From a virus (Duplodnaviria > Caudoviricetes), in the IMG/VR virus record IMGVR_UViG_3300020042_005302, positions 1 to 60,816 of that record: a DNA stretch of 60,816 bases; one strand, written 5' to 3'. Below the pieces are notes generated by a model. That model had not been told where the DNA came from and ran no database searches. It saw nothing but the letters and a program-made list of their open reading frames with translations. Made by a program: the position numbers and the translations under genes. This document shows, piece by piece, positions 35,749 through 45,828 of this stretch. Within the stretch, counting starts at the first letter, position 1, and each line of letters opens with the position of its first letter.

Positions 35749-36017
35749 TATTCGCAAGCCTTTCGTTGCCATGCATTTGTAAGCGTAGCAGACTGAGTAT
35801 ACGATTCAGTTTCTGGAGTAAACACATATAACCTAAATATAGGTAACGTATATGGTAAAGATGAATAACCAACATCGCAAGATTGAGATATCCATTGATT
35901 AATAACACTGCCATCACGTGTGTAAGTAGGACACTCACATCCAGTAGATGGAGAATCTACAGGAGCAGATAATCCACCAACCCATATGAAAAATGGTGAC
36001 CTGAATCCAGCTGCCAT
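35748..36017 (-). CDS. Small structural protein, unknown function
   Basis: Translationally coupled on both sides in the tail region. Confidence 0.6.
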   Translation of the reverse strand: MAAGFRSPFFIWVGGLSAPVDSPSTGCECPTYTRDGSVINQWISQSCDVGYSSLPYTLPIFRLYVFTPETESYTQSATLTNAWQRKACE

Positions 36018-37786
36018 TAGACTGGGTCAATCCCTGTGACTGGATCTGCAGATGCACTAGTTGACAGCGTAGCTGTCCAAGCTGCTGGTAGCGTATCTCC
36101 ATCATCTTCTTTATACACAGTCAACGTATTACCAGTGATTGACGTTTTATTACGCAATACGCGCATTGCATCAGTTACCGTTCGCCCACCATCGGCTCCA
36201 CCGGCAATAGACCTACCAAGTAACTTATCTGCAATCGCGCTAAGCAAGTGTACGTGCATTGGTAGAATCATAAACTCGTCACCTACAGAGGGCTGCTGGT
36301 GAAGTGGTTCGTCAAACACCAAGTTGCCAGATGCGTTAGATGATGAGATTACAGTACACGAACCAGCAATACTTGACCCCTTCAAGAAAATTACAGTTTG
36401 ATCATCAAACGCACTATTGACATATCCGGTTAAGGATGTTTTAACGGTAGTTGTAGTTGGAGCTGGAGATGCTTGCACTGTACCAAATACCGAACAATAT
36501 CCCTTAGCAAGCAACGCCATGACATCAACCATTGAGTAACTACTAAGTTGTCCATATGTTGTAGAGTCTGAAGTAACAATAGTTGTCCATACGTTGAGTG
36601 GTACATTTAAAACGTCATTCTCAACATCCCCAGTCTTGCTTAGATTTTCTCGTAAATATCCACCAGCAGTAGTTGCAACTGGATAAGTAACTGCACTACC
36701 AATATCGGTTAACCAAGGGTTACCCGCAGCGCCAGCATTTTTAAGATATGTACCAGCAAGACCTGCTGTTACGTAAGCACTAACATTGTAATCCCAAATT
36801 TCTTGGACAGCAGAATTGGCAAGTTCAGCATTAGTAATTGCATCTGAAGCAATAACAGTAGATGTAATTGCATCTGTTGCAAACCGTATCTTATTACCGA
36901 GCGCAGCAGCTGACTGAATAACCAATGCGTCATCGGCAAATTTAGCAGCTGTAATAGCGTCAGCAGCAATAGCCGTTGCGGTAATAGCTCCATTAGACAT
37001 TGATGCTACAACATGACCGTTAGCAGTATTGACAGATGATGGTCGGTTAGCAGCAACAGTACGCATCACCTTTGTGCCATACGTATCTGTACCTAGCGTT
37101 TCGTTAGATCCAGCAGTTGCATATGTGGCAACCTGTGCATTCCACACATCATTTGCTACCGAGCCAGCAATAATACGTCCTTCAGAAGCAGTTCCATCTG
37201 TACTAAGCCTGATTGTAATTGCACTGTTTGCAATGGCATCTGCATCAATAGCGTCAGTAGCAATAGCCGCTGCGTTAATAGCGTTAGCCGCAATAGTCCC
37301 TACACCTACGTTATTGGTCACGTTTGTTGTTGTAAATACTGTTGTTGCTGCCAATCCAACTGTAGAACCTTGATTGCCTACATTTCCCCAGTCAACACCA
37401 GCCTCGCCGTTTACGTTGACATCAAGAGTATTGCCAGCAGTTGTTGGATAAAGCGATGCTTGACTGCGTAAGGTAAATCGACCAATACAAGAACCAACAA
37501 CACTGACAGAGTCAACTGTACCAGTGGTAATAACGCACTCAAATTCACTGCCGTTAGCATAAAATGCGTCTGTTGTTGTGACACGTACGTGATTTAAACC
37601 TGTTACACCATCAAAGTCTACGGTAAGTACTACGCCAGTAGTTGTTTGAGTTACATCGTTATCCTTGTATACCGAAACAACTGGAGTGCCAGCAAGCGTA
37701 AATGGCGCACCCGTAGATGGACGGAATGTAGTGAACTTAAAATCTATAATGCTTGACGCACTGAAATCACCTAGATATTTACTCAT
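36017..37786 (-). CDS. Fibre/stalk protein with A/D-I-T repeats and shared C-terminal domain
   Basis: AITATAIAADAITAAK repeats; C-terminus similar to that of 39163-40857. Confidence 0.7.
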   Translation of the reverse strand: MSKYLGDFSASSIIDFKFTTFRPSTGAPFTLAGTPVVSVYKDNDVTQTTTGVVLTVDFDGVTGLNHVRVTTTDAFYANGSEFECVITTGTVDSVSVVGSCIGRFTLRSQASLYPTTAGNTLDVNVNGEAGVDWGNVGNQGSTVGLAATTVFTTTNVTNNVGVGTIAANAINAAAIATDAIDADAIANSAITIRLSTDGTASEGRIIAGSVANDVWNAQVATYATAGSNETLGTDTYGTKVMRTVAANRPSSVNTANGHVVASMSNGAITATAIAADAITAAKFADDALVIQSAAALGNKIRFATDAITSTVIASDAITNAELANSAVQEIWDYNVSAYVTAGLAGTYLKNAGAAGNPWLTDIGSAVTYPVATTAGGYLRENLSKTGDVENDVLNVPLNVWTTIVTSDSTTYGQLSSYSMVDVMALLAKGYCSVFGTVQASPAPTTTTVKTSLTGYVNSAFDDQTVIFLKGSSIAGSCTVISSSNASGNLVFDEPLHQQPSVGDEFMILPMHVHLLSAIADKLLGRSIAGGADGGRTVTDAMRVLRNKTSITGNTLTVYKEDDGDTLPAAWTATLSTSASADPVTGIDPV

Positions 37787-38886
37787 AGTACGTACCCCGC
37801 CATTGGATTAGCTGCTAAACCACCACCGCCAGCAGAAACTGTAGTTACACTATCAAAATCAAGAGCCATCCACGGACGCTGTAGCGTAAACTCTGTGACC
37901 GCATTAGTCGTAAAGTCTACATAAGCGTAACTACCTTGTGAAGGACCCCTCGTCCACCAATTCCAATGACTTACAGCATTTACACTTTGTAAAAACAAAA
38001 CAACATCATATTGTTTTCTGAATCCTACAAATAGTTTTGTATTTGTAGGCACTGTAACATTGCTCGGAAACATTAAGTCGTTCCACGCAGACCATTCATT
38101 GTTATTATTACTTTGTAACAGCGCACCATTAGGAACAATGTCAAACGTACTTATAGGTGTCAGTGTACTTCCAACAATACTTCCTATGCGACATGATATT
38201 CCGCCAGCATTGTTGGTGTTTCCTTTGAATATAGCACGAACACCGCTTAGTGTTGCATTTGTTAAAGTTGCATCACCACCTAATGTAAAAACTGCACCGT
38301 GATACTGACTATTAGTGCCATCGTATTGCGCCCAGCCTTGATAGATATGTCCGTACCATAAAGAACTTATTTGATACCCATAAACATTTCTATCCCAGTT
38401 GTTAAATCCGCCTACAAGACTCCACGCAGTTCCTGACCACGAATATTGATGCGGCTCTGATATATATCGGTCTACGGCGTTTATAAATGTGCCTAAAGTA
38501 AATGGTGTTCCAGTAACATATTCCACAACCCACGCATACGATTCACCTCGTGTAACCGAACCTGAAACTGTAGTAGTAATTTCTTGAGTTGTTTGACTGT
38601 GTGTTGTGTTGACCCACGCCAGATCTCCGTAAGCAACCCACGTTCCTGTAGGCAATCCAGTACTAGCGGTTACTGTCTGTATACCAACTCGTACAGTTCC
38701 AGAACCCGGTGCTTGCGTTCCAGTGTAAATCAGTACTTTAGATACTACGCCTGTTGCTTCCGCACGAAATCTGTGACCCCATTTAGTTGTCGATTGTATT
38801 ACAAACGTTTGCCAGCTCCGGTTATCGCTGATTCCGAACCTATATGGAAGCATTTCAACTGTGTGCTTATAAGGTACAACTGCCAT
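37783..38886 (-). CDS. Putative receptor-binding / lectin-like domain protein
   Basis: Beta-rich, W/T/N-rich; ends GGGGLAANPMAGYVL. Confidence 0.55.
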   Translation of the reverse strand: MAVVPYKHTVEMLPYRFGISDNRSWQTFVIQSTTKWGHRFRAEATGVVSKVLIYTGTQAPGSGTVRVGIQTVTASTGLPTGTWVAYGDLAWVNTTHSQTTQEITTTVSGSVTRGESYAWVVEYVTGTPFTLGTFINAVDRYISEPHQYSWSGTAWSLVGGFNNWDRNVYGYQISSLWYGHIYQGWAQYDGTNSQYHGAVFTLGGDATLTNATLSGVRAIFKGNTNNAGGISCRIGSIVGSTLTPISTFDIVPNGALLQSNNNNEWSAWNDLMFPSNVTVPTNTKLFVGFRKQYDVVLFLQSVNAVSHWNWWTRGPSQGSYAYVDFTTNAVTEFTLQRPWMALDFDSVTTVSAGGGGLAANPMAGYVL

Positions 38887-39153
38887 TTAGATTGCCTTTA
38901 CCCATAAGTCATTAGGATCCGAACATGACAGAGAGACAGTTTTACCTGCAATACTTTCTTGAGTGTAATCAAGTAAAGCCATCAATTTAAGTGTAGGTAA
39001 CCAAACCCCGTCATTACTTAAATACGATTCTAATGTTGCAAAGTCTGTAAAAGTCATACCCGTTTCAGGGCTATCACTAAAGAATGCTGTAATTTGACCA
39101 TCCTGTGATACGTCTACACTTAACAACTGTACTTGTACATTTACAAATGGCAT
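38887..39153 (-). CDS. Small acidic fibre-associated protein
   Basis: AAGGAG RBS; precedes the receptor-binding gene. Confidence 0.65.
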   Translation of the reverse strand: MPFVNVQVQLLSVDVSQDGQITAFFSDSPETGMTFTDFATLESYLSNDGVWLPTLKLMALLDYTQESIAGKTVSLSCSDPNDLWVKAI

Positions 39154-39162
39154 TACGTCTCC

Positions 39163-40857
39163 TTATACCGGATCTACCGTCACGTCAGCTGTATTCGACA
39201 ACGATCCAGTCCACGCTTCCGTTGAGTCATCTTCTTTGTATACAATCATTGTGCCTGTACCTACAGACACCTTATTACGCATTGCTCGCAATGCAGATCG
39301 TACAGTACGCTCGTTTAACGTACCAGCGTTAGCACCGCCACCGATGTCTGCACTTAGAATCTCGTTTGCAACAGATTGCAGCTTGATCGTCATCACCGCG
39401 CCGTTAGTACCTGCAGCACCCTTTACAACAACTGTCACATCATCTGCCCCTGCCGCTATTGCGGCATTAGGTAGATCTAAACGGTAAACACCCGGCATCG
39501 TGCTTGCGTTAACTTCTTTAAATCCGCCAGACACCCAACCGTCAGTCATAAGTGATAAAGACACTAGGGTAATAGGTACGGCTAGACTACGTGTACGGTT
39601 AAATGTAGCCGCTAGACCGGAGGTGTTGAATGCTAGCCCTGTAGCACCTAGGTAGAGTTCGATGCTTTGTGAGGTGGAGCCGGGAGCGATTGTGATTGCG
39701 GAGGCGTTTCGCTCAGTTGGGAGGTAAAACCCAATATTAGAAACACTTCTAAGAGTTGCTGTTCCTAAGTCAGGATTTGCCCCAGTCCACGTCACACCGT
39801 ACATATCTGTTGCTGGCGCAGAGGTTAAATTGCCAAAACTTGTATTTCTGGAATTTATTGATGTTGCAAATGGTGCAAGACTTGCAAACCCTTGTAGAAG
39901 CGATTGACCAAAGTCGATGCCAAGAAAATCCGAGTTAACCGTAGATGTATCCGTAGCAACACCGCCAAGGTTACTAGTAGCATAAATAAGGTTATTCCGT
40001 TGTGTTACTTGATTAGAAGTAATGGAATTGATTCCAGTACCACCGAGTGCAATTATACAATTCTGTACTAAATGCTTATCGGTAACATTCCCGTTTTGAA
40101 ACGCAATTCCAGTTTGTGAGAACTGTGTAATTGTGCAATTGCTAATTGAGACTGATGCAATATTTGTGCCTGAAACAGCAACAACATATATACCGTAACC
40201 GTTTTGCCAACCATTTGTAGATATCCTACAATTAGTTATGACCACCCCGGAAACGCCAGAGGCAACAGGTAATAGTTTTACTTGTATCCCAAACGCACAG
40301 CCAACTATAATATTATCTTGAATTAGAATTGTATTGCCGGTTGTATTTGGTGGGTTGACTTGAATTGCACTACCTACGCCACCACCAAGATAAAACGAAG
40401 CAATAACATTACGTCTAATTGTTATAAAATCACCACTAGACATAATTGCGGCATTTGGCACACCGCCTGAAAAAGCCCCATTATGCTCTATATATAGGTT
40501 CTGTATGGTCACGTAAGACTTACTGCCAAGGTCAATCCTACTAATTCCTAAACTATTCTGTACGTTGGCTGTTATGTCACCTGTTGCCCCTGTGACCCGT
40601 ACTTGATTAGCCACAATGCCAATAAACTGTGATGCGGTTGTGTCACCTGTAATTAGCAAAGTGTTTGTTGCCGTAGGGGTAACCGTCAATATTGGCGATT
40701 CTCTGTAGACACCCGGTGCAATGTATAAGGTATTTACACCAGCGGTAAGCGTCATTGCTGTAAGTGCATACGTTATTGTCTGCCACGCTTGACCAGTGCC
40801 TTGACCAGTGCCAGTATTACCATTACTGCCATCATTACGAACGTAATAAGTAGCCAT
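39163..40857 (-). CDS. Right-handed beta-helix (pectin lyase-like) tailspike/fibre
   Basis: TYYV..DGSNGNTG...AWQTI, YIAPGVYRE, repeated ITNC/ISNC/VQNC; shared C-terminal domain. Confidence 0.8.
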   Translation of the reverse strand: MATYYVRNDGSNGNTGTGQGTGQAWQTITYALTAMTLTAGVNTLYIAPGVYRESPILTVTPTATNTLLITGDTTASQFIGIVANQVRVTGATGDITANVQNSLGISRIDLGSKSYVTIQNLYIEHNGAFSGGVPNAAIMSSGDFITIRRNVIASFYLGGGVGSAIQVNPPNTTGNTILIQDNIIVGCAFGIQVKLLPVASGVSGVVITNCRISTNGWQNGYGIYVVAVSGTNIASVSISNCTITQFSQTGIAFQNGNVTDKHLVQNCIIALGGTGINSITSNQVTQRNNLIYATSNLGGVATDTSTVNSDFLGIDFGQSLLQGFASLAPFATSINSRNTSFGNLTSAPATDMYGVTWTGANPDLGTATLRSVSNIGFYLPTERNASAITIAPGSTSQSIELYLGATGLAFNTSGLAATFNRTRSLAVPITLVSLSLMTDGWVSGGFKEVNASTMPGVYRLDLPNAAIAAGADDVTVVVKGAAGTNGAVMTIKLQSVANEILSADIGGGANAGTLNERTVRSALRAMRNKVSVGTGTMIVYKEDDSTEAWTGSLSNTADVTVDPV

Positions 40858-41084
40858 TACTCGGCATCTCCACTGGCAATCTGTTGAGCCATAATCAACG
40901 CAAACTGATTGACAATGCCATATTGAAATGGTTCATCCTGAGTGACCCACCAAACATTTACGCTGGTTCCATTAGGTTCAAACGTGCCAAGGATATTCCC
41001 TGCGTCATCTGTAATGTCACCAAACACACGCCAGTCAGTCGACGGTGCTGGTTCCTTTTCAATCCTAAAGTTTTGCAGGTTCAT
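40857..41084 (-). CDS. Small acidic fibre-associated protein
   Basis: 75 aa, coupled to the tailspike gene. Confidence 0.65.
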   Translation of the reverse strand: MNLQNFRIEKEPAPSTDWRVFGDITDDAGNILGTFEPNGTSVNVWWVTQDEPFQYGIVNQFALIMAQQIASGDAE

Positions 41085-41173
41085 TTGCCCACCTTCAAAG
41101 CGTTGAAGTCAGTACCCTTGAAAGGCATTGTAAGGAACGCCAGCACACTACTCACCTCGCTTCTATGTGCCAT
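41081..41173 (-). pseudogene. 30-aa micro-ORF, possible gene remnant (MAHRSEVSSVLAFLTMPFKGTDFNALKVGK)
   Basis: TGATG and ATGA overlaps with neighbours; exactly fills the gap. Confidence 0.45.
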
Positions 41174-41364
41174 CACTTCTTCACCTTCCGCTTATCAATA
41201 GCAACCATCGCAAGGTCACGCAACTTCTCAAGGTCTGACACACTCATAAAGTCTAAGTTGTCAGCAATCTGACTGAGTAACATAGCCTCGCCAAAAGGTA
41301 TCTTGACCTCAGGGATGTTAGCGATCTTCTTTACAAATTTGCTTAGCCAAGACATGTTATTCAC
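41173..41364 (-). CDS. Hypothetical protein of lysis cluster
   Basis: Amphipathic MSWLSKFVKK N-terminus; follows holin. Confidence 0.65.
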   Translation of the reverse strand: MNNMSWLSKFVKKIANIPEVKIPFGEAMLLSQIADNLDFMSVSDLEKLRDLAMVAIDKRKVKK

Positions 41365-41641
41365 TTACCTTCTTTAAAGACTTCTCAATGATTAGGTTAA
41401 AAGCTTGTACCGTACGCAGACCAAGAGTGCCAAGTAAAAATGATAATCCAATCATCTGGTGTGGTTTTTCCCAGCCTAGTTGATGAGCCATGATAGGAGT
41501 AAGGTAGATAGCAGACGCAGTACCAGATAGGACCGTAATCGCTCCCTGAATTACATTTCTTATCTTCTTCCAATCAGTGCCTATGAGAGCACCGATGAAC
41601 CCAGCAAGTAGAGTATTAAAATCAATCTGGAACTTATCCAT
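41357..41641 (-). CDS. Putative holin
   Basis: 94 aa, three hydrophobic segments, basic C-terminus. Confidence 0.7.
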   Translation of the reverse strand: MDKFQIDFNTLLAGFIGALIGTDWKKIRNVIQGAITVLSGTASAIYLTPIMAHQLGWEKPHQMIGLSFLLGTLGLRTVQAFNLIIEKSLKKVSE

Positions 41642-41653
41642 TGTCGGTCCTCA

Positions 41654-42346
41654 TTATTTACCTGATGGTGCTATCGGGGGTATTGCAAACAATGCACCGG
41701 GTGTTTTATAAGATGTGTCTAACTGTGCCCACAAGGTCATGCGAGACATGTCGTACCAATCTTTCCAAAATGCACGTCCTACTAAAGATGGATCGTCATA
41801 GTTCTTCATTGCTATTTTAGCAGCTGCGTATGCTGGTAGAGCTTTTAATAAAATATCATCAGGTGCAAATGAAAATGTTCCAGATCCAGCTAAAATTGGC
41901 GTAGCACTAATTGCTCCAGTTATATCAACTGTTACAGCAGTAGCAGGTTTTGGATATAGACCTAATTGGTACGGGCCATTTCGATACCAATACTGTGGTG
42001 CGCCAGTGGTATTTAAATAATTGTAGTTAAATGCTTGTAACTCTTGCTCGCCACAGTGAGTTAACACACTTGACGAAATAATAACAACTTGTGGATACCA
42101 TAAGGCTGTGTTTGCAAATGAGTTTACACGAGCAGTGGTTGTTACAATTTGTATAGTTCCCTGTTCATAACAACAGGTGCGCGTCATTTCTTCAGCGCCT
42201 TCATTTAAGTAATCTAATATTGTGTCGTTAGACGACACAGTTGCAGCGCCACCTACACCAGTGGCTAATTCACCAACGACGCTAGCATTAGTCTCATTAA
42301 GTAATTTGAGTACTTCATTTCGTAATACAGTAAAGCCAAGAGCCAT
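41654..42346 (-). CDS. Head-tail adaptor-like protein 2
   Basis: LRNEVLKLLNE, YLNEG, GAPQYWY...LYPKP, ALPAYAA pattern. Confidence 0.65.
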   Translation of the reverse strand: MALGFTVLRNEVLKLLNETNASVVGELATGVGGAATVSSNDTILDYLNEGAEEMTRTCCYEQGTIQIVTTTARVNSFANTALWYPQVVIISSSVLTHCGEQELQAFNYNYLNTTGAPQYWYRNGPYQLGLYPKPATAVTVDITGAISATPILAGSGTFSFAPDDILLKALPAYAAAKIAMKNYDDPSLVGRAFWKDWYDMSRMTLWAQLDTSYKTPGALFAIPPIAPSGK

Positions 42347-42993
42347 TACACAGATCTCCGTAAATACATGGCAGCATTTGACTCTATATGGCCCAACCTG
42401 TCAAGGTATTCACTCTTGTAAATTGTCATACCATCTATATCACGCAACTGCATAGCGCGTAAATATAACACGTTATAAACAAGACAGTCGTGAGACATTT
42501 CAGGTAAGGGACATGGAGTAGCATCTGTGTTTGCTAAAGGACTGCCAGCTGAATTGTATTGCCAGTTATCACCCGGTTGTGCGTATCCTTCTATTAGCAG
42601 TCCATTAGTAACGCTTACGCTAGGAGGTGGTAATAATACAATTTTGTTCATACCGTGAATGGCACAGTATTGAGGAACATATTCAGCTGGTTGATTTCTG
42701 TAGTCATCAAGAATCTGATCACTAAAACTTGCAAGTTTAATTTCATTGTAATCACCAGTTTCATCTTTGATCCGGATTACTCTAATTTTATAAATGTCAG
42801 GGGAACAATAATCACTTGTTCCCCCGACTGTAGAAAGATATCGCCTTCCAACAAAACAATCTGTTTTACGGGCAATATCATTAGCTGCCTCAATAATAAT
42901 GTAATCTAGGCCAAACGGATCTCGATCATGCTCGCCGCCAAAATAGTGACGACCAATCATGCGAACCTTTTGTTTAATTTGACCTAGATTCAT
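42346..42993 (-). CDS. Head-tail adaptor-like protein 1
   Basis: MNLGQIKQKVR, VPQYC...LLPPP, LPEMSHDCLVY pattern. Confidence 0.65.
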   Translation of the reverse strand: MNLGQIKQKVRMIGRHYFGGEHDRDPFGLDYIIIEAANDIARKTDCFVGRRYLSTVGGTSDYCSPDIYKIRVIRIKDETGDYNEIKLASFSDQILDDYRNQPAEYVPQYCAIHGMNKIVLLPPPSVSVTNGLLIEGYAQPGDNWQYNSAGSPLANTDATPCPLPEMSHDCLVYNVLYLRAMQLRDIDGMTIYKSEYLDRLGHIESNAAMYLRRSV

Positions 42994-43003
42994 TACTTAT
43001 TCC

Positions 43004-43858
43004 TTAAACAACTGCGCCGATACGGGAGTTTGCAATGTACGCATCACGTACTAATACAATTCCACCAGCTGCACCATTACTGGTACATGCCAATCGCAGA
43101 TATGGACGAGCTGTTGGTGCAATCGGAATTACAAACTGTCGCCCAAGATCCGATGTACGAACCTTAGTAAACTGAATTGTAGCTGTACCGTTACTTGCAT
43201 AGTTTCCACTTGCAAGCATTGCATTGTTTACCAGCGGTAATGGTTGTCCACTAAGTGCTCGCAACGTAAATGTTGTTGTACTTGGCACAGTTGCTACTTC
43301 AACCATTTGTCCAACAACTGCAGCAGCTAATGCAAATGCTGGTCCATAGGTACCAGTACCGACGTTGTTGACATAAAGAATGTCTCCAACTGCAAAACTG
43401 TGTGTACCACTAGTAAATACACCAGCTGTAGTTGCAGCAGATGTAGTTACAGCAGTGCCAGCAGCAACAGTTGTTGTCGGAACGTTAGTATCTGCAGTAC
43501 CAATAGTAACCCAGTTAACGTTATCAGCAGAAGCTTGAACGCTAAAAGTTTGTGATGTTACAGTTGAACAGATAGTTGCGTCTACGATTGCATACAAGTC
43601 ATTACGGCTGCTCTGTCCGGGAAGCACAATGGCACCTAGATCAGGAACATCCTCAGCATATGGAGGGCGACCAGCAATAGAAGTCTTAGAAAATCCTCCT
43701 AATGCCATTGGACACGACGTAACAACAGTTGCTGCTGCACCGGGAGTAAAACCACCGTAGTAAGAAACTACACCAGAACCGGGTGCTGCAACAATATTGG
43801 TGGACGAACCTAATGTTCCTGCACCAAATAAAAACGAAAGCTTAAGATCTCTAGCCAT
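43004..43858 (-). CDS. Capsid cement/decoration protein with inserted domain (start MARDLK)
   Basis: GGAGG RBS; directly after capsid gene; C-terminal RPYLRL; insert HSFAVGD...STTTFTL. Confidence 0.6.
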   Translation of the reverse strand: MARDLKLSFLFGAGTLGSSTNIVAAPGSGVVSYYGGFTPGAAATVVTSCPMALGGFSKTSIAGRPPYAEDVPDLGAIVLPGQSSRNDLYAIVDATICSTVTSQTFSVQASADNVNWVTIGTADTNVPTTTVAAGTAVTTSAATTAGVFTSGTHSFAVGDILYVNNVGTGTYGPAFALAAAVVGQMVEVATVPSTTTFTLRALSGQPLPLVNNAMLASGNYASNGTATIQFTKVRTSDLGRQFVIPIAPTARPYLRLACTSNGAAGGIVLVRDAYIANSRIGAVV

Positions 43859-43869
43859 ATTTATCCTCC

Positions 43870-44934
43870 TTACGCAATCTTGACCGCGAGGCGACCGATG
43901 GCGCGTGTGCTCTGTGCCATTAATCCACAGCCCCACTCAAACAGAACATTGTGCATGATTCCGTTCTCCTGTGACTTGCCAAGGTATTCTGGCTTTAACG
44001 GCTTTGGTTGCCATCCCTGAAGGTATCCATCACCATAACGTACAGCATAAATAGTTGTAGAGTTATTGACAGTTACTGCAGATCCAGCAGCATCTAACCA
44101 AGTTGCGGTGACGTTGGATGGGATTACAGGTGTAAGTCCATCTGCCTTACGTCCAACAACACGCACCTTTGCATTCTTGAACTGCTCTACTGGGCGATCA
44201 AAGTTATCCTGTGTTACGTCAAAACCAGAGCCAAGACCCATAACGCGGATTGCCATTTCAAAATGGCGCTTTGTTTGCTCGTTCATGTAGAGGACAATGC
44301 CATCTCCATCTGGAGCTGACATATTGTCAAACAAGTTCTGGACATCATGCATTAAGCGGTTTGCTGCACCAGCTCCTTGCGTAGCATTAGATGTTGCAAG
44401 AATGTTTGCAAATGATAAGTCTGCAGTAGATGCAATGTTCATATCAACAGAAATATCAAACTGTTGCCAGTTGTCTAATCGGTACTTAAGTCCGGGGAAA
44501 CAATCTGCACTGTTACCTGCAACTAAGCTAGTAGGATCATTGTTTACAAACTTATCGTTAAAGTCGTAAGCAAATCCTTCCATAAACATCTTGACCTGTG
44601 CATCAACTGGATCGATGATTGCATCTGGCTGATCAAGAAGTACATGGTCAACAGTAATCATGTTACGCATTAAGAAGAGCTGTTCTTCATACGACTTTGG
44701 CTTACCCTTTACAGCTTGTGGCTGAGCGTTAATTCCAGTCCAAGTAGGAAGAGGAATACCAGAGTTCGTATAGCGCAGACCGATCTGGCGTAACGATGGA
44801 GATGTGTAGAATGGGATGTCCTTGACAGCATTCCACGTCATATGAAGCGATTTGGTGATTTCCTTGACCATTGGATCGTTGGACAAAATTGCCTGATCTG
44901 CAAGTGTCAATGCACCGTTAAAGTCAATAGCCAT
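43870..44934 (-). CDS. Major capsid protein
   Basis: LTLAD N-terminus, LPTWTGIN, FPGL..RL; follows scaffold; AGGAGG RBS. Confidence 0.85.
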   Translation of the reverse strand: MAIDFNGALTLADQAILSNDPMVKEITKSLHMTWNAVKDIPFYTSPSLRQIGLRYTNSGIPLPTWTGINAQPQAVKGKPKSYEEQLFLMRNMITVDHVLLDQPDAIIDPVDAQVKMFMEGFAYDFNDKFVNNDPTSLVAGNSADCFPGLKYRLDNWQQFDISVDMNIASTADLSFANILATSNATQGAGAANRLMHDVQNLFDNMSAPDGDGIVLYMNEQTKRHFEMAIRVMGLGSGFDVTQDNFDRPVEQFKNAKVRVVGRKADGLTPVIPSNVTATWLDAAGSAVTVNNSTTIYAVRYGDGYLQGWQPKPLKPEYLGKSQENGIMHNVLFEWGCGLMAQSTRAIGRLAVKIA

Positions 44935-44946
44935 TTATGGCCTCCT

Positions 44947-45828
44947 TTATCGAATACCTAACATTCTGGAAAAAATGCCACTGGAACTCTGGCGAACAGG
45001 TTCAGTTTGGCGGACTACGGGTTGAGCAGAATTATCTGTACTAATCGGAGTAGGTGCGCGTTTTTGTCTTGCAACTAACTCTGCTAGTTCTGGAACCATG
45101 CTTTCGATTAGGCCTTCAATTTGGTCATGTACATGAGAAGCAGCTTCGCGTGGTGACATACCTGCATTCATCAAGTTGTCAACCATTTGCATTGCTCGTC
45201 TTGCATATGGAAATTCTGTTAATGCAGCATTGCGTTGTTGCTGCATAAGAACCCCATTAACTTGCTGATTTAGCTTTTCGTATCTATACTTCTGAATTTC
45301 GGCTTCTGCTTGCGCATCAGCTAATGCAGGATCAAGATACTCTTCGGCTTGAGCTGCAGCCCATTTTTCCCTAATCTGTTGCTCGTGCTGTTGCTCTTGT
45401 TGCGACTCTAAGGCTTTCCGCACATCCTCAGCTGAATTGAATCCATTCTCTTCAAACTGTTGAATAACATCTGCCCACTGATCGTACTTTGATTGAACTT
45501 CACGACCAACTTTGGCTTGCTCATTAACTTCCCTGAATCTTTCGTATGGAACAGCTTCAGGCTCAGTCCTACCTAAATTATCTAACAGCCTCTGTCGAAC
45601 TTCTTCTTCAGCGCTATATAGATCTAAAGCAGCAGACCACTCTTCGTCATAACCATTGTCGCTATCAGTATCTGTAGTTGAATCACTTTCAGTATCGTTT
45701 AACGCCCATTCCTGATTATCGTCAGTGGCGGCCTGACGTACATGATCAATTAAAGCAGAACCAACGCTCATATCGCCCGTCGCCGCTGCTGGTGAGTCAG
45801 CGGTTCGCATCACCATCTCTTCGGACAT
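44947..45828 (-). CDS. Capsid scaffolding protein
   Basis: Acidic N-terminus, VPYERFREVN, coiled coil; between portal and capsid. Confidence 0.75.
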   Translation of the reverse strand: MSEEMVMRTADSPAAATGDMSVGSALIDHVRQAATDDNQEWALNDTESDSTTDTDSDNGYDEEWSAALDLYSAEEEVRQRLLDNLGRTEPEAVPYERFREVNEQAKVGREVQSKYDQWADVIQQFEENGFNSAEDVRKALESQQEQQHEQQIREKWAAAQAEEYLDPALADAQAEAEIQKYRYEKLNQQVNGVLMQQQRNAALTEFPYARRAMQMVDNLMNAGMSPREAASHVHDQIEGLIESMVPELAELVARQKRAPTPISTDNSAQPVVRQTEPVRQSSSGIFSRMLGIR

